Source of the DNA: Myxococcota bacterium
GTDB lineage: Bacteria; Myxococcota_A; UBA796; CAJQPC01
Direction: 5' to 3'
DNA: 64,000 nucleotides
Assembly: GCA_036229005.1 (NCBI GenBank)
Contig: JAZAMN010000052.1
Coordinates: forward strand, 64,001 to 128,000
The notes beneath the pieces were generated by a model. That model saw only the letters and a program-made list of their open reading frames with translations, searched no databases and had not been told where the DNA came from. Position 1 is the first letter of the stretch. Each line of letters begins with the position of its first letter. The translations under genes were made by a program, and so were the position numbers. Shown piece by piece: positions 47,301 to 56,368 of this stretch.

Positions 47301-49513
47301 GCGCGCTCGACCGGCTGCAGGTGCTCCGCCAGCTCTGCCGGGCCCTGGCCGGCAAGACCCGCCCGGGGCGCCTGGACGACGCCGGCTTCACCGAGTCCGA
47401 CCTGCTCGCCGCCGCCGCCACCGACATCGAGACGCGGGCGCTGCTGGAGGCCAGCGCCCTGTGGCTGGCGGTCCTGGCCGACGACCCCCTGAGCGCCCGA
47501 ATCCGCGCCGACGCAGCCACCGAGGCCTGGGGGCTGCTCGGCCCCAGCGCGATCGCCCCGCTACTGCACACCCTGCGGGGGATCGCCCGCCTGATGGGGC
47601 GCCCTGGCGCCGAGAGCATCGCCCAGGCCGAGGCCGACCAGCGCTGGCTGGACAGCGCCGGCTGGTCCCTCGCGGCCCTGCTGCTCCGCGCCGAGCTCCA
47701 GCGCGCCCAGGGGCAGCAGCTCTCGGCCCTGGGCAGCTACGATGCGAGCATCCAGGGTGCCCGGGAGCTGGGGCCCGCCTGGGTGCTGCTCGCCGCCTCC
47801 CGGGCCGCCAGCTTCCACGGCGCCTCTGGCCGCGCCCAGATCGCGGAGAGCTATCGGAGCGTGGAGCGGCGGGCGCAGGCCGCCTGGACCGAGGAGACCT
47901 CGCCGGCACCCCGTCGCGCAGAGGGGGTCGCGCCCCAAGATGCCAAGGGGGTGTTGGGCAACCTGCTGCACGCCTTCACGTTGGCCTCCCTCGCCCAAGG
48001 ATGCGCGCTGGTCCTCTGCCAGCCCGAAGGACCGGTCCTGCAGCTCCGCCACGGCCCCGAGGGCCTGACCACCCACCAGGAGCCCGTCACCGACTCCAGC
48101 CCCGTGAGCGCCGCGGCTGTTCGCGTCGTGCTGGCCACCCAGCGCCCCCTCCAGTCCGGCGCCTGCAGCTCCGACCCCCGCCTGCAGGGCGACGACTGGC
48201 TCCGCCGCTCCGGCACCCGCAGCCTGCTGGCCTGGCCCCTGCGCGCCGACGGTCGGATCCTGGGCGTCGTGCTGCTGGAGAGCCGCGTCCCCGCCTCCCT
48301 GGTGACGCCGCCGCCCCTGCTGCACCTGCTCCGAAAGCAGCTCATCGCCACCCTGCTCCAGCAGGAGAAGCTCACCGAGCTGCAGCTCAGCGCCCGCAGC
48401 CAACCCACCCACACCACCGCCCAGGAGACCACCGAGCTGCGCTTCCAGGACCTGTTCGCCGGCGCCCCCGACCCCATGCTGCTCTGCGACGACGACGGGC
48501 GGGTCGTCCTGGCCAACGCCCCCGCCGAGCGCGCCTTGGGCCTGCTGCACCTCAAGCACCGCCGCCTCGGCCAGCTCCTGCACGCCCCCGAGGCCATCGC
48601 GCGCGCCACCCCGGAGCTGATGACCCTCGGCGAGGTCCACGGCCTGGAGCTCACCCTCCCCTCCGGCCCCTACCTGGCCTCGGCCACGCGCCTGCACATG
48701 GGCGGCCGCGCGCCTCTGAGCGTGTGGGTGCTGCGCAGCGTCGCCCCCCTGGTCCAGGCCACCCGCGCCCTGGAGCAGCGCATCGCGGAGCGCACCGAAC
48801 AGCTCACCCGCTCCAACGCCGAGCTGGAGTCCTCCAACGCCGAGCTCCGCCAGTTCGCCACCCTGGCCTCCCACGACCTCAAGTCCCCCGTCCGCACCGT
48901 CTCCAGCTACCTGAGCCTGCTCCAGCGCCGCCACAGCGACCAGCTCGACGAGAAGGGCCGCAGCTACCTGGAGCGCAGCGTCGCCGGCACCTTGCGCATG
49001 CAGACCCTGATCGACGACCTGCTCAGCTTCTCCCAGGTCGGCCAGGACCGCCGCCCCTTTGTGCGCGTCGAGCTCAGCGAGGTCCTGGGCACCGCCATCG
49101 AGAACCTCCAGGGCGAGATCCTGGCCACCGGCGCCCGCGTCGAGCTCCCCAGCCTGCCCGCCGTCCCCGGCAACCCCTCCCGCCTGGGCCAGCTCTTCCA
49201 GAACCTGCTGGGCAACGCCCTCAAGTACCGGCGCGAGGGCGTCGCTCCCCACGTGCGCGTACAGGCCCACGCCCGCGGCGGCCTGCTGCACCTGCGCATC
49301 ATCGACAACGGCATCGGCATCCCCGCCGCCTCCCAGCACGTCGTGTTCAACATCTTCAAGCGCCTGCACGGCAAGGGCAGCTACTCCGGCAACGGCATCG
49401 GGCTGGCCATCTGCCGCAAGATCGTGGAGCTGCACGGCGGCCGCATCTGGGTCGAGTCCCACGACGGCCCCGGCACCACCTTCGCCCTCACGCTGCCCAC
49501 CTACGCCGAGTGA
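44369..49513 (+). CDS. Multidomain Ser/Thr kinase-like - STAND/AAA ATPase - TPR - GAF - PAS - histidine kinase
   Basis: VVIK, HLDLHPENV, LAPEQ; GGPGAGK, LVLEEAQWLD; GAF (SLLAWPL..ILGVVLLE); ASHDLKSP, QNLLGNALKY, DNGIGI, GNGIGLAIC. Confidence 0.9.
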   Translation: MEPLSAYRDLRPFAGQHRSLLMRGRTRADDRAVVIKQAQGHAAPRLQREGALLTRAQGPGVVEVVDWRPELGLLVLEDLGPRNLAARLGEGPMELGETLRLVQRLAGTLATLHQAQVLHLDLHPENVVLRADQPVLVDLSSGARIGETPQPRRDGPQWHLAPEQQPGSGREVGPKTDLHGLGVLMWCSLVGVGPPIDGIHAPSLRSLAPHLPDAVHHLLEALLHPAPEGRPESAAAVALQVAKLRAPGLPPELASLHHSEARETLARALAAADIGDMSVVYLKGGPGAGKYPLVRQLTAMPPARRGVVAIGRCSPLRDGGPYGPWLAALRMGIHSAMEGNNAAENLQAVREAIGPDAGLLLRMVPELEDLLGLDAPRALGEPSGEQALANLVRRVLQALCRPGAPLVLVLEEAQWLDQASVRLLESLASPPRHSGLLLLLTYQREAVLAGDPLDRALQALESRRPQRIRLSPMTEQQLLLLCRQHLDLEDGEARALASVLLRASGGLPGKALRALRQLHSSGALRQDLWQGSWTWDVKRLAQIDDRLVPEKLGLLELADLPPAAATLIGQASCMGPEGEIQALARVSGSSMAELRPFLEAAAEARLIYLNGRSWRMADQELQQVARERLPQALRLQTHRRIARLHLEKGDVEHFFVGVDHLNLSAGPQETDAERQERAHLNVEAARRARHGSAYDASFAYTAAALAAAPSHWSARNRLELYKEAAVTAHLSGDQARAQRMLEQATAHAQGALERAVLAEIRVHTLLTSGKLAEARQVGLSALAEFELSPEQQPQVPSPPQLSRLITQPPELGQLTKVRNALLARMIQLGWYQDPALVRWAAGQLCALAVQEGPTAETAVGMLAVALGHSLSGSPKLGLQLGEDARSLAFAVDPDDPWVPYVQAVLAARLEAQVHSAPQVLERLSAAISRLETLGRHHDALVFAVPRALLALQAGQPLAEVEQRCEQDLEQARRLQHLGALDRLQVLRQLCRALAGKTRPGRLDDAGFTESDLLAAAATDIETRALLEASALWLAVLADDPLSARIRADAATEAWGLLGPSAIAPLLHTLRGIARLMGRPGAESIAQAEADQRWLDSAGWSLAALLLRAELQRAQGQQLSALGSYDASIQGARELGPAWVLLAASRAASFHGASGRAQIAESYRSVERRAQAAWTEETSPAPRRAEGVAPQDAKGVLGNLLHAFTLASLAQGCALVLCQPEGPVLQLRHGPEGLTTHQEPVTDSSPVSAAAVRVVLATQRPLQSGACSSDPRLQGDDWLRRSGTRSLLAWPLRADGRILGVVLLESRVPASLVTPPPLLHLLRKQLIATLLQQEKLTELQLSARSQPTHTTAQETTELRFQDLFAGAPDPMLLCDDDGRVVLANAPAERALGLLHLKHRRLGQLLHAPEAIARATPELMTLGEVHGLELTLPSGPYLASATRLHMGGRAPLSVWVLRSVAPLVQATRALEQRIAERTEQLTRSNAELESSNAELRQFATLASHDLKSPVRTVSSYLSLLQRRHSDQLDEKGRSYLERSVAGTLRMQTLIDDLLSFSQVGQDRRPFVRVELSEVLGTAIENLQGEILATGARVELPSLPAVPGNPSRLGQLFQNLLGNALKYRREGVAPHVRVQAHARGGLLHLRIIDNGIGIPAASQHVVFNIFKRLHGKGSYSGNGIGLAICRKIVELHGGRIWVESHDGPGTTFALTLPTYAE

Positions 49514-49523
49514 CCCCGCGCCC

Positions 49524-51083
49524 ATGAGCACCCCCGCCCGCGAGGCCCTCGACGCCCTCATCGAGCAGTTCTCGGAGCGCTCCGCCGCCATCCGCGAGCT
49601 CGTACAGAACAGCCTGGACGCCGGCGCCGGCAGCGTGGAGCTCCGCATCGAGCAGCAGGGCCGCAAGCTCCGGATCCACCTGGTCGACGACGGCCACGGC
49701 ATGGACCGCGCCTGCATCCAGGACAACCTGCTGACCCTCTTCCGCTCCAACAAAGAGGACGACCAGACCAAGATCGGCCGCTTCGGCGTCGGCTTCGTCT
49801 CCATCTTCGCCCTGGAGCCCGAGCTGGTCGTGGTGGACACCGGGCGCGACGGCCTGCACCACCGCGTCGTGTTCGACGCCAAGCAGCGCTTCACCCTGGC
49901 CCAGGTCGACGAGCCCTTCGAGGGCACCGCCGTCACCCTCACCCTCCGGAGCTGGGGAAAGCCCGCCGGTGAGCTCGCCCAGGAGCTGCGCGCCGCCCTC
50001 CACTACTGGTGCCGCTACGCCCGCGCCGAGATCTGGTGCGAGGCCCAGGGCGAGGGTTGGGAGGGCTGGCCCGAAGAGCGCGTCCAGGCCCCCTGGGAGG
50101 TCGACAGCCCCCTGCGGGTACAGGTGGAGGAGGACGGGCTGAGGGCCTCTCTAGGCTACCACGCCCACCGCCTGGCCCCCGTGGGCTACTACAACCGCGG
50201 ACTGACGCTCCTGGAGGCAGACGAGGACACACTGCCCGGGGTCAGCTTCCGGGTCGAGGCCGGGGCGCTGGAGCACACCATCACCCGCGACAACGTGCTG
50301 CGCGACGGCCACTGGGAGCTGGTGATCCAGCGCCTGCGCCGCGCCGAACAGGAGCAGCTCCGCCCCGCCCTGCTGGAGGCCCTGCGCGCCGCCATCCAGG
50401 CCCAGGACTGGGAGCGACACCGCGCGCTCCTGGCCGTCTGCCCCCACGTCCCCCTCCCCGACGACGAGCCTCTGCTGCGCCGCGCCGGCGGCGGTCTCGC
50501 GGCCCTGGGCGCCGTCCCCAAGCGCTTTCTGGGCCCGCGCCGCGTCCTGTGGGCCCCCGGCCCCAGCCCCCTGGTCGAGGCCCTGGAGCAGGACGGCCAC
50601 CTGGTCCTGCTGGGCCCCCCCGGCGAGCGCCCCGAGTTCGCCCTGCTGCACGCCGTCTACCCCGAGGTGCTCAGCGAAGAGGCCCCGGCCACCTACCTCT
50701 TTCCTCGCCTGGCCCCGGATCCCCCCTGGCTGGCGTCGCTGGAGTCCACGCTCAAGCGGTGGGCCGATCAGTCCCCCAGGGGCCACACAGCCCCTCCCTC
50801 CCCCGGCCGCCGGGAGCGCGTCCACGCAGCCCACTTCCAGGGCGGCGGCACCCAGCTCGAGGGCCGCCTGATCCTGCGACAGCGCGCCCCCGGCAGCCTG
50901 GAGGCCTGGGACGGCCGCCCCGACAAGGGGAGCTGGCTCATCAACCTGGATCACCCCCTGGTCGCCGAGGCCGCTGGGCTCTCCCCCGAGCGCGCCGGCG
51001 TGGGGCTCGCGGTGGCGGCCGTGCGGGCGCTGGGCTCCGGTGCGCCGCTGCCCGCCGATCTGCTGGACGGGGTGGCCCCATGA
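49524..51083 (+). CDS. HtpG/Hsp90-like GHKL ATPase (compact, 519 aa)
   Basis: IRELVQNSLDA, DDGHGM, KIGRFGVGFVS, GTAV; LEHTITRDNV catalytic-loop-like; INLDHPLV. Confidence 0.85.
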   Translation: MSTPAREALDALIEQFSERSAAIRELVQNSLDAGAGSVELRIEQQGRKLRIHLVDDGHGMDRACIQDNLLTLFRSNKEDDQTKIGRFGVGFVSIFALEPELVVVDTGRDGLHHRVVFDAKQRFTLAQVDEPFEGTAVTLTLRSWGKPAGELAQELRAALHYWCRYARAEIWCEAQGEGWEGWPEERVQAPWEVDSPLRVQVEEDGLRASLGYHAHRLAPVGYYNRGLTLLEADEDTLPGVSFRVEAGALEHTITRDNVLRDGHWELVIQRLRRAEQEQLRPALLEALRAAIQAQDWERHRALLAVCPHVPLPDDEPLLRRAGGGLAALGAVPKRFLGPRRVLWAPGPSPLVEALEQDGHLVLLGPPGERPEFALLHAVYPEVLSEEAPATYLFPRLAPDPPWLASLESTLKRWADQSPRGHTAPPSPGRRERVHAAHFQGGGTQLEGRLILRQRAPGSLEAWDGRPDKGSWLINLDHPLVAEAAGLSPERAGVGLAVAAVRALGSGAPLPADLLDGVAP

Positions 51084-54000
51084 GCACCCGGGAGCAGGCC
51101 CTGGAGGACGCCGAGGTCCTGCTGGAGGGCGAGTTCAAGCTGGACCGCGCCCGCGCCATGGACAAGCTGGCGCGCTTCCAGCTCGAGGAGCCCCACCGCT
51201 ACGTCCTGGAGCTGCTCGCTGCCGCCATCCGCGGGGGCGCCCAGTTCGTGGAGATCCTCAACGACGCCGACGACTTCGTGATCGAGTGGGAGGGCGACAC
51301 CCCCACCCCCGCCGAGCTGGAGCAGCTCTTTGAGCACATCTTCCTGCGCGAGGGCGACGACCGCAGCCGCATGCTCCAGCACCTGGCCCAGGGCCTCCAC
51401 GCCGCCCTGGCCCTCAAGCCCCGGTGGCTGCACTTCGAGCGCCCCGGCGCCCGCTTCGAGATGGACAGCAGCGGCGCCCTCCACGGCAGCCCCCACGACC
51501 GCAGCAGCGGCACCCGCATCCACCTCCGGGAGCGCCTGAGCCTGGACATGCTCCGGGAGTGGCTGGGCACCCCGCGCGAGACCTGGCTGCTCCAGGAGTT
51601 CGCCGCCCACGCCCCCATCCCGCTGATCCTCAACGGCGAGGCCATGGAGCGCGCCCGCCCCCCCGCCGACCAGCGCCCCCGCGCGCAACAGGGCCACAGC
51701 TGCATCTGGCTGGAGGTCAGCGGCGCCAGCCCCGGGGTGGCCCTGATCCGCGACGGCCTGCGCATCGAGCACCTGCCCATCCAGCTCGGCCCCCTCCAGC
51801 TCACCGGGTGGTGGCACGCCGACGCGCTGCGCCTGAACGCCTCTCGGTCCAAGGTCGCGCGGCGTGCGGATCTACGCCCCCTGCGTACCCACCTCCTCAA
51901 GTCCATCCTGCCCGCGCTTGAGCAGCACCTGGACCACCCGCGAGGTCACTTCGAGCGCGCCCAGATCCAGCTCGCCGCCCTGGCCCTGGTAGCGGAGCTT
52001 GGCCGCAAGCACCTGGATTCACTCGGGGATCGCCCCCTCTTCCTGGACCTGACCGGCCGCAGCTTCTCCCTGGAGGCGCTGGCCAGTCACAAGAAGATCT
52101 GGCTCACCAGCCGCCCGGGGCTCGCCTCCCGGCTGGAGCGCGCGCCCCAGTTCCTGGAGGGCGAGGGCCAGGACCCCATGGACCGCAACAGCCTGCAGCT
52201 CGCGGCCCTCCAGGCGCGCTTCCCCGGCCGCCTCATCAACGCCGACGCCGCCCTGCGCGACAACCAGGAGGGCGAGGCCCGCCGCTCCGCCCTGCTGCGC
52301 GCCGACCCCGAGCTGCCCTTCACCCGCGGGCTGCCCGAGCACTTCTCCGGCCCCGGCGGCCTGATCGGCTCCGCCTCGGTGCTGGGCGGCGGCAGCGTCG
52401 CCCGGGTGGAGTTCTGGGTGGACGAGCTCCCCGTCGAGACCCTGGCCGTCAACCTGCCCGCCGGCCTGGGGCTGCGGGTGGGGGGCCCCGGGCTGCGGGC
52501 CGACCGCCGCTTCGAGAAGGTGGAGCGCGACGCCGCCTTCAAGGCCGCCCAGGAGCTGGCCCTGGAGCAGGGCCGCCAGTACCTGCTGCACCTCGCCGAG
52601 CACCACGCCGCCGACCCCGACGTGGCCGCCCTGCTGCGCGACTGGCTGGTGCGCCTGGCCCCCCGGGACGCCCTCGACGCCCTGGACCCCGCGCTGGCCC
52701 AGGCCCCCCTGTTCACCGACGGGCTGGGGCAGCGCCGCAGCGTCCGCGAGCTCGCGGCCTGGCTCAAGGCGGACGGCCGCATCGAGATCGCCGCCGGGGA
52801 GCCCGCCGGCGCCCCCTTCCCCCGGACCCTCGCCACCGACGACAGCGCCCGCCGCACCCTGCGCGCCTGCTTCGGACACCGGGCCCTGCTGGACCTCAGC
52901 CAGCGCATCGAGGACCACCGCCACGCCCAGCTCCGCCGCGCCGCCGCCCTGCCGCGCCCCATGCGCCTGGAGCGCCACCTGATCGCCCGCGTGCCGGTGG
53001 CCGCCGAGGGCCTCTACGGCGAGCTCGGCCTGTCCCCGGTGGAGGACCGCGCCTTCACCGAGGTCCAGCTCTTCCGCTCCGGCGTGGACCTGGGCACCCT
53101 GCTGGTGGACCTGGGCGTGCCCGGCACCCTGGCCATCCTGAGCTGGGAGGGCCTGGAGCCCGACGCCCGCTGGGAGGCCCCCGCCCACCCCGAGCGCGAC
53201 CGTCGCACCCTCGCGCGCCTGCTCAAGCCCTTCGTGGCCCCCCTGCTCCAGGGCGTCCTGGGCGCCCTGCCCCTGCCCAGCGAGCGCATGCCCGCCTGGG
53301 TCGGGAACGTCCTGGACAGCAGCAGCGCCGCCATCGAGCCCCTGCTCCAGGCCCCCCTCTTCCTGGACGCCAGCGGAGGCACCTGGAGCGTCGTGGAGCT
53401 GGAGGCCCGCGCCCTGGGCGCCCGCATCCCCGTCCTGGGCCCCGGCAGCCCCCGGGTGCCCGATCGCCTGCGCCACGCCCTGCTCCTGGACGGCCCCCGC
53501 TACGCCGCGCTGCGCCGGCGCATGGCCGAGAGCCTCTGGGACGCCTCCCTGTGGCTGGAGCAGTGGCACCAGGCGCGCACCGCCTTCTTCGAGCGCGCCC
53601 CCCTGCCCCCCTGGCGAGAAGACAGCGACCCCGGCCTGCGGCGCTTCAGCCACCAGGGCCTGGAGCTGCAGGTCCTCCCCGCGGACGCCCCCAGCCACAC
53701 CCAGGGCCTCAAGCTCAGCCTGCTCTTCGAGGGCCGCCCCCTCCAGACCCTGGTGCTCCCCAGCGCCATCCCGGCCAGAGCCCGCCTCAGCGGCCCCGCC
53801 CTGCTCCCCGACGACCGCTACGCCGGCACCCAGGACCCCGAGAACCTCAGCCTCCTGCGGAGCTGGTGGGCCGCCGACTGCCTGGAGCAGTGCATCCAGG
53901 ACTGGCTCCCCGACGCGCGCCTTCCCCGCGCCCAGCGCCTGCTCCTGCTGGGTCAGGTCCTGGACCTCCAGCCCGCCCCCCCAGGCCTCGCCGCCCTCAA

Positions 54001-56368
54001 GGCGGCCCCCCTGATCAACACCCCGCGCGGGGACCGGGCCTCCTTCGAGCAGCTCCTGCAGGCCAGCGCCAACAGCGCCCTCCTGCTCATCAGCCCCCGC
54101 CTCGCCGCGCTCGTCCCCGACGACGACCGCCTCTGGGTGATCCCCGAGCCCAGCCTCCGGCCCCTGCTCGCCCGCCTTCCCTCGGAGCCCCTCGACGGCG
54201 ATCTGGAGCTCTCCAGGCTGGACGAGGGCCGCCGCAACCGCGCCCGCTCCCGCATCACGCCCCTCTGGCAGCCCGGCCCCTGGGAGGCCGCCGCCCGCTT
54301 CACCGCCGGACCCGCCGCGCTCTTTGTCTGCATCGCCCCCCACCCCAGGGACACCCAGCGCATCTGGCGCGTCGAGGGCCGCAGCGTCCAGGCCGACCGC
54401 GTCCCGGAGTGGCCGCCCGAGCTCCAGGTCCACGTGGAGCACCCAGAGCTCCGCGCCAACACCGCGTTCAACGCCGTCGTGGACGCCCCCCTGCTGGCCG
54501 AGCTGCGCACCCTCAGCGACCAGGCCGTCGCCGCCCTGCTGGCCGCCCTCTGCGGCGTCGCCGACCCCCGCCTCTCCGAGCTCCAGGTCCCCCGCCCCGA
54601 GGCCATCCCCCGCACCCTGCTGCGCTACGGCGCCTCCCGCCCGCGGGTCGACGCTCTCTGGGGCGAGCACCCCCTGGTCAGCGACAGCCAGAGCCGCCCC
54701 CTCAGCGCCCGCGACCTGCGCACCCTGGGCCGCCGCGGCATCCCCGTCATCTCCTCCGGCCGCATGGGCCCCGGCCTGGACCCCGAGCGCCCGCTCATCC
54801 CCGCCACCCAGGCCCTGCGCGACCTGCTGGAGCGCTGGGGACGCCTCCAGGACGCCGAGTCCGACTGGCAGGCCGCCCGCGAGCGCGACCGCCGCATGGC
54901 CATGGCCCCCGTCCAGCGCAGCCCGGCCCAGAACGCCCCGTGGGTCCACCCGCTGAGCCCGCCTCACCAGGGCTTCGTCCAGGCCGGGGTCCCAGGGGCT
55001 GTGTTGGAGCTGCTGCACCAGGGTCGACCGCTCTGCACCCTGGACTGCGCGGGCCCCGTGCCGCTCTCCGGCGCAGTCGAGGACACCCGCATCCTGCCCA
55101 ACCTCCGCCACGACGCCCCCGAGCAGGGCCCCGCCCTCACCGCCCTCCAGCAGCACCTCACCGAGCTGAGCCGGCAGGCCCTCCAGGCCCTGCTGGTGGC
55201 CCCCGACGCCCTGCCCCTGAGCCAGTGGGTGCCCATCCTCCAGCGCGCCCTCCCCCGCAACCGGGACCGCCGCGGCAAGGGCCGCAACCCCGAGCTGGCC
55301 ACCCTGCCCCTCTTCCCCACCGGCGACGGCGAGCGCCTTAGCCTGGCCCAGCTCCACGACATGCCCGGCGAGCCCCGCTGGGTGACCGCCGACCACGCCA
55401 CCCCCAGCCTGGAGCCCGAGCACCCCTTCCTGGTCGTGCCCAGCGGCCTGATGCTCCCCCTGATCGAGTGGCTGGGCGGCCACGACGCCCAGTCGGAGGC
55501 CCGCGCGGAGGCCGCCCGCCTGCGCAGCCGCCGCGCCAAGGGCCTGGAGGGCAGCGACAAGATGCTGCACAGCCTCCAGCGCAGCCTGATCCCCGGCGAG
55601 CTCCACCTGGGCCTGCGCCGCGGCTTCGGCCAGGGCTGGGTGGACGTGCGCTGCGACGGCATCCCTGTCACCCGCCTGGACTTCCACCTGCCCGGCCTCA
55701 GCGGCGCCCTCGAGGTCGGCCGCGAGCACCTGACCCGCGGCCTGCGGGACCTGCGGGAGCCCGAGCCCTTCCGCCACCAGATCACGGGGGCCTACGCCGA
55801 GCTGATCGCCGCCGCCGCCCCCCGCCTGCGCGAGGGCGGCCTGCTGCGCTGGGAGGTCACCCGCCTGCTCTCCACCCTCAAGAAGGGCCCCGCCGCCAAG
55901 GCCTGGCGCGCCGCCCCCCTGCTGGATGGCCCCAGCGGCCCCTTGAGCCCCGAGCAGGCCGCCAAGGGCTGCGTCTGGTCCCCCCAGCCCATCGACGGCG
56001 CCGTCTGCGTCTACGACAGCCGGGCCAACCGCGGCTTCCTGGAGGCCCTGGGCATCCGCCCCCTGGAGCCCGTCGCCTGGGCCGCCCTCCAGGAGCGCCG
56101 CCGCTCCAAGGCCGCCAAGGCCGCCACCTCCGTGGACAGCGGCTGGCAGAAGCGGGTGGTCAAGCGCAGCCTGGCCCAGCTCTCCGCCGGCCTGCGCCTG
56201 GACCGCGCCCTGCGCAAGCGCGTGCTGGGCCGCAGCATCCCCACCCAGCTCGACAGCGAGCCCAAGCTCCTGCGCTTCACCTGGGAGGCCCTGGATCGCG
56301 AGCTCGCCCGCGCCGGACGCTGGCAGGACTGCGGCCTGGTCGCGGTCCGCGCCGTCGGCCTCCTATAG
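51080..56368 (+). CDS. 1762-aa protein: degenerate GHKL N-domain + seven tandem Hsp90-middle-like repeats
   Basis: ATGA overlap; EGEFKLD..KLARFQL..PHRYVLEL, SGTRIHL; LRLNASRSKV; 7x PL[FILV]-x-x-x-x-G...S..[LA] motif. Confidence 0.8.
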   Translation: MSTREQALEDAEVLLEGEFKLDRARAMDKLARFQLEEPHRYVLELLAAAIRGGAQFVEILNDADDFVIEWEGDTPTPAELEQLFEHIFLREGDDRSRMLQHLAQGLHAALALKPRWLHFERPGARFEMDSSGALHGSPHDRSSGTRIHLRERLSLDMLREWLGTPRETWLLQEFAAHAPIPLILNGEAMERARPPADQRPRAQQGHSCIWLEVSGASPGVALIRDGLRIEHLPIQLGPLQLTGWWHADALRLNASRSKVARRADLRPLRTHLLKSILPALEQHLDHPRGHFERAQIQLAALALVAELGRKHLDSLGDRPLFLDLTGRSFSLEALASHKKIWLTSRPGLASRLERAPQFLEGEGQDPMDRNSLQLAALQARFPGRLINADAALRDNQEGEARRSALLRADPELPFTRGLPEHFSGPGGLIGSASVLGGGSVARVEFWVDELPVETLAVNLPAGLGLRVGGPGLRADRRFEKVERDAAFKAAQELALEQGRQYLLHLAEHHAADPDVAALLRDWLVRLAPRDALDALDPALAQAPLFTDGLGQRRSVRELAAWLKADGRIEIAAGEPAGAPFPRTLATDDSARRTLRACFGHRALLDLSQRIEDHRHAQLRRAAALPRPMRLERHLIARVPVAAEGLYGELGLSPVEDRAFTEVQLFRSGVDLGTLLVDLGVPGTLAILSWEGLEPDARWEAPAHPERDRRTLARLLKPFVAPLLQGVLGALPLPSERMPAWVGNVLDSSSAAIEPLLQAPLFLDASGGTWSVVELEARALGARIPVLGPGSPRVPDRLRHALLLDGPRYAALRRRMAESLWDASLWLEQWHQARTAFFERAPLPPWREDSDPGLRRFSHQGLELQVLPADAPSHTQGLKLSLLFEGRPLQTLVLPSAIPARARLSGPALLPDDRYAGTQDPENLSLLRSWWAADCLEQCIQDWLPDARLPRAQRLLLLGQVLDLQPAPPGLAALKAAPLINTPRGDRASFEQLLQASANSALLLISPRLAALVPDDDRLWVIPEPSLRPLLARLPSEPLDGDLELSRLDEGRRNRARSRITPLWQPGPWEAAARFTAGPAALFVCIAPHPRDTQRIWRVEGRSVQADRVPEWPPELQVHVEHPELRANTAFNAVVDAPLLAELRTLSDQAVAALLAALCGVADPRLSELQVPRPEAIPRTLLRYGASRPRVDALWGEHPLVSDSQSRPLSARDLRTLGRRGIPVISSGRMGPGLDPERPLIPATQALRDLLERWGRLQDAESDWQAARERDRRMAMAPVQRSPAQNAPWVHPLSPPHQGFVQAGVPGAVLELLHQGRPLCTLDCAGPVPLSGAVEDTRILPNLRHDAPEQGPALTALQQHLTELSRQALQALLVAPDALPLSQWVPILQRALPRNRDRRGKGRNPELATLPLFPTGDGERLSLAQLHDMPGEPRWVTADHATPSLEPEHPFLVVPSGLMLPLIEWLGGHDAQSEARAEAARLRSRRAKGLEGSDKMLHSLQRSLIPGELHLGLRRGFGQGWVDVRCDGIPVTRLDFHLPGLSGALEVGREHLTRGLRDLREPEPFRHQITGAYAELIAAAAPRLREGGLLRWEVTRLLSTLKKGPAAKAWRAAPLLDGPSGPLSPEQAAKGCVWSPQPIDGAVCVYDSRANRGFLEALGIRPLEPVAWAALQERRRSKAAKAATSVDSGWQKRVVKRSLAQLSAGLRLDRALRKRVLGRSIPTQLDSEPKLLRFTWEALDRELARAGRWQDCGLVAVRAVGLL
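51680..56080 (+). repeat. Seven degenerate intragenic protein repeats, period ~205-225 aa
   Basis: Anchor motifs at ~52034, 52705, 53354, 54007, 54671, 55307, 55916. Confidence 0.7.

Noticed and set aside
49059..49523. Upstream extension of the Hsp90-like ORF
   Set aside because: Lies within the histidine kinase coding region; GHKL homology begins just after ATG 49524
50009..51079. N-terminal extension giving the 2119-aa version of the giant ORF
   Set aside because: Overlaps the Hsp90-like gene in another frame and is Arg/Pro/Gly-rich noise; the ATGA-coupled start at 51080 is far more plausible
52019..55777. 1252-aa minus-strand ORF (and similar long ORFs 7089-10166 +, 4403-7138 +, 16353-19067 -, 47561-49942 -)
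   Set aside because: Antisense shadows of real genes in very high-GC DNA; no motifs and biased composition
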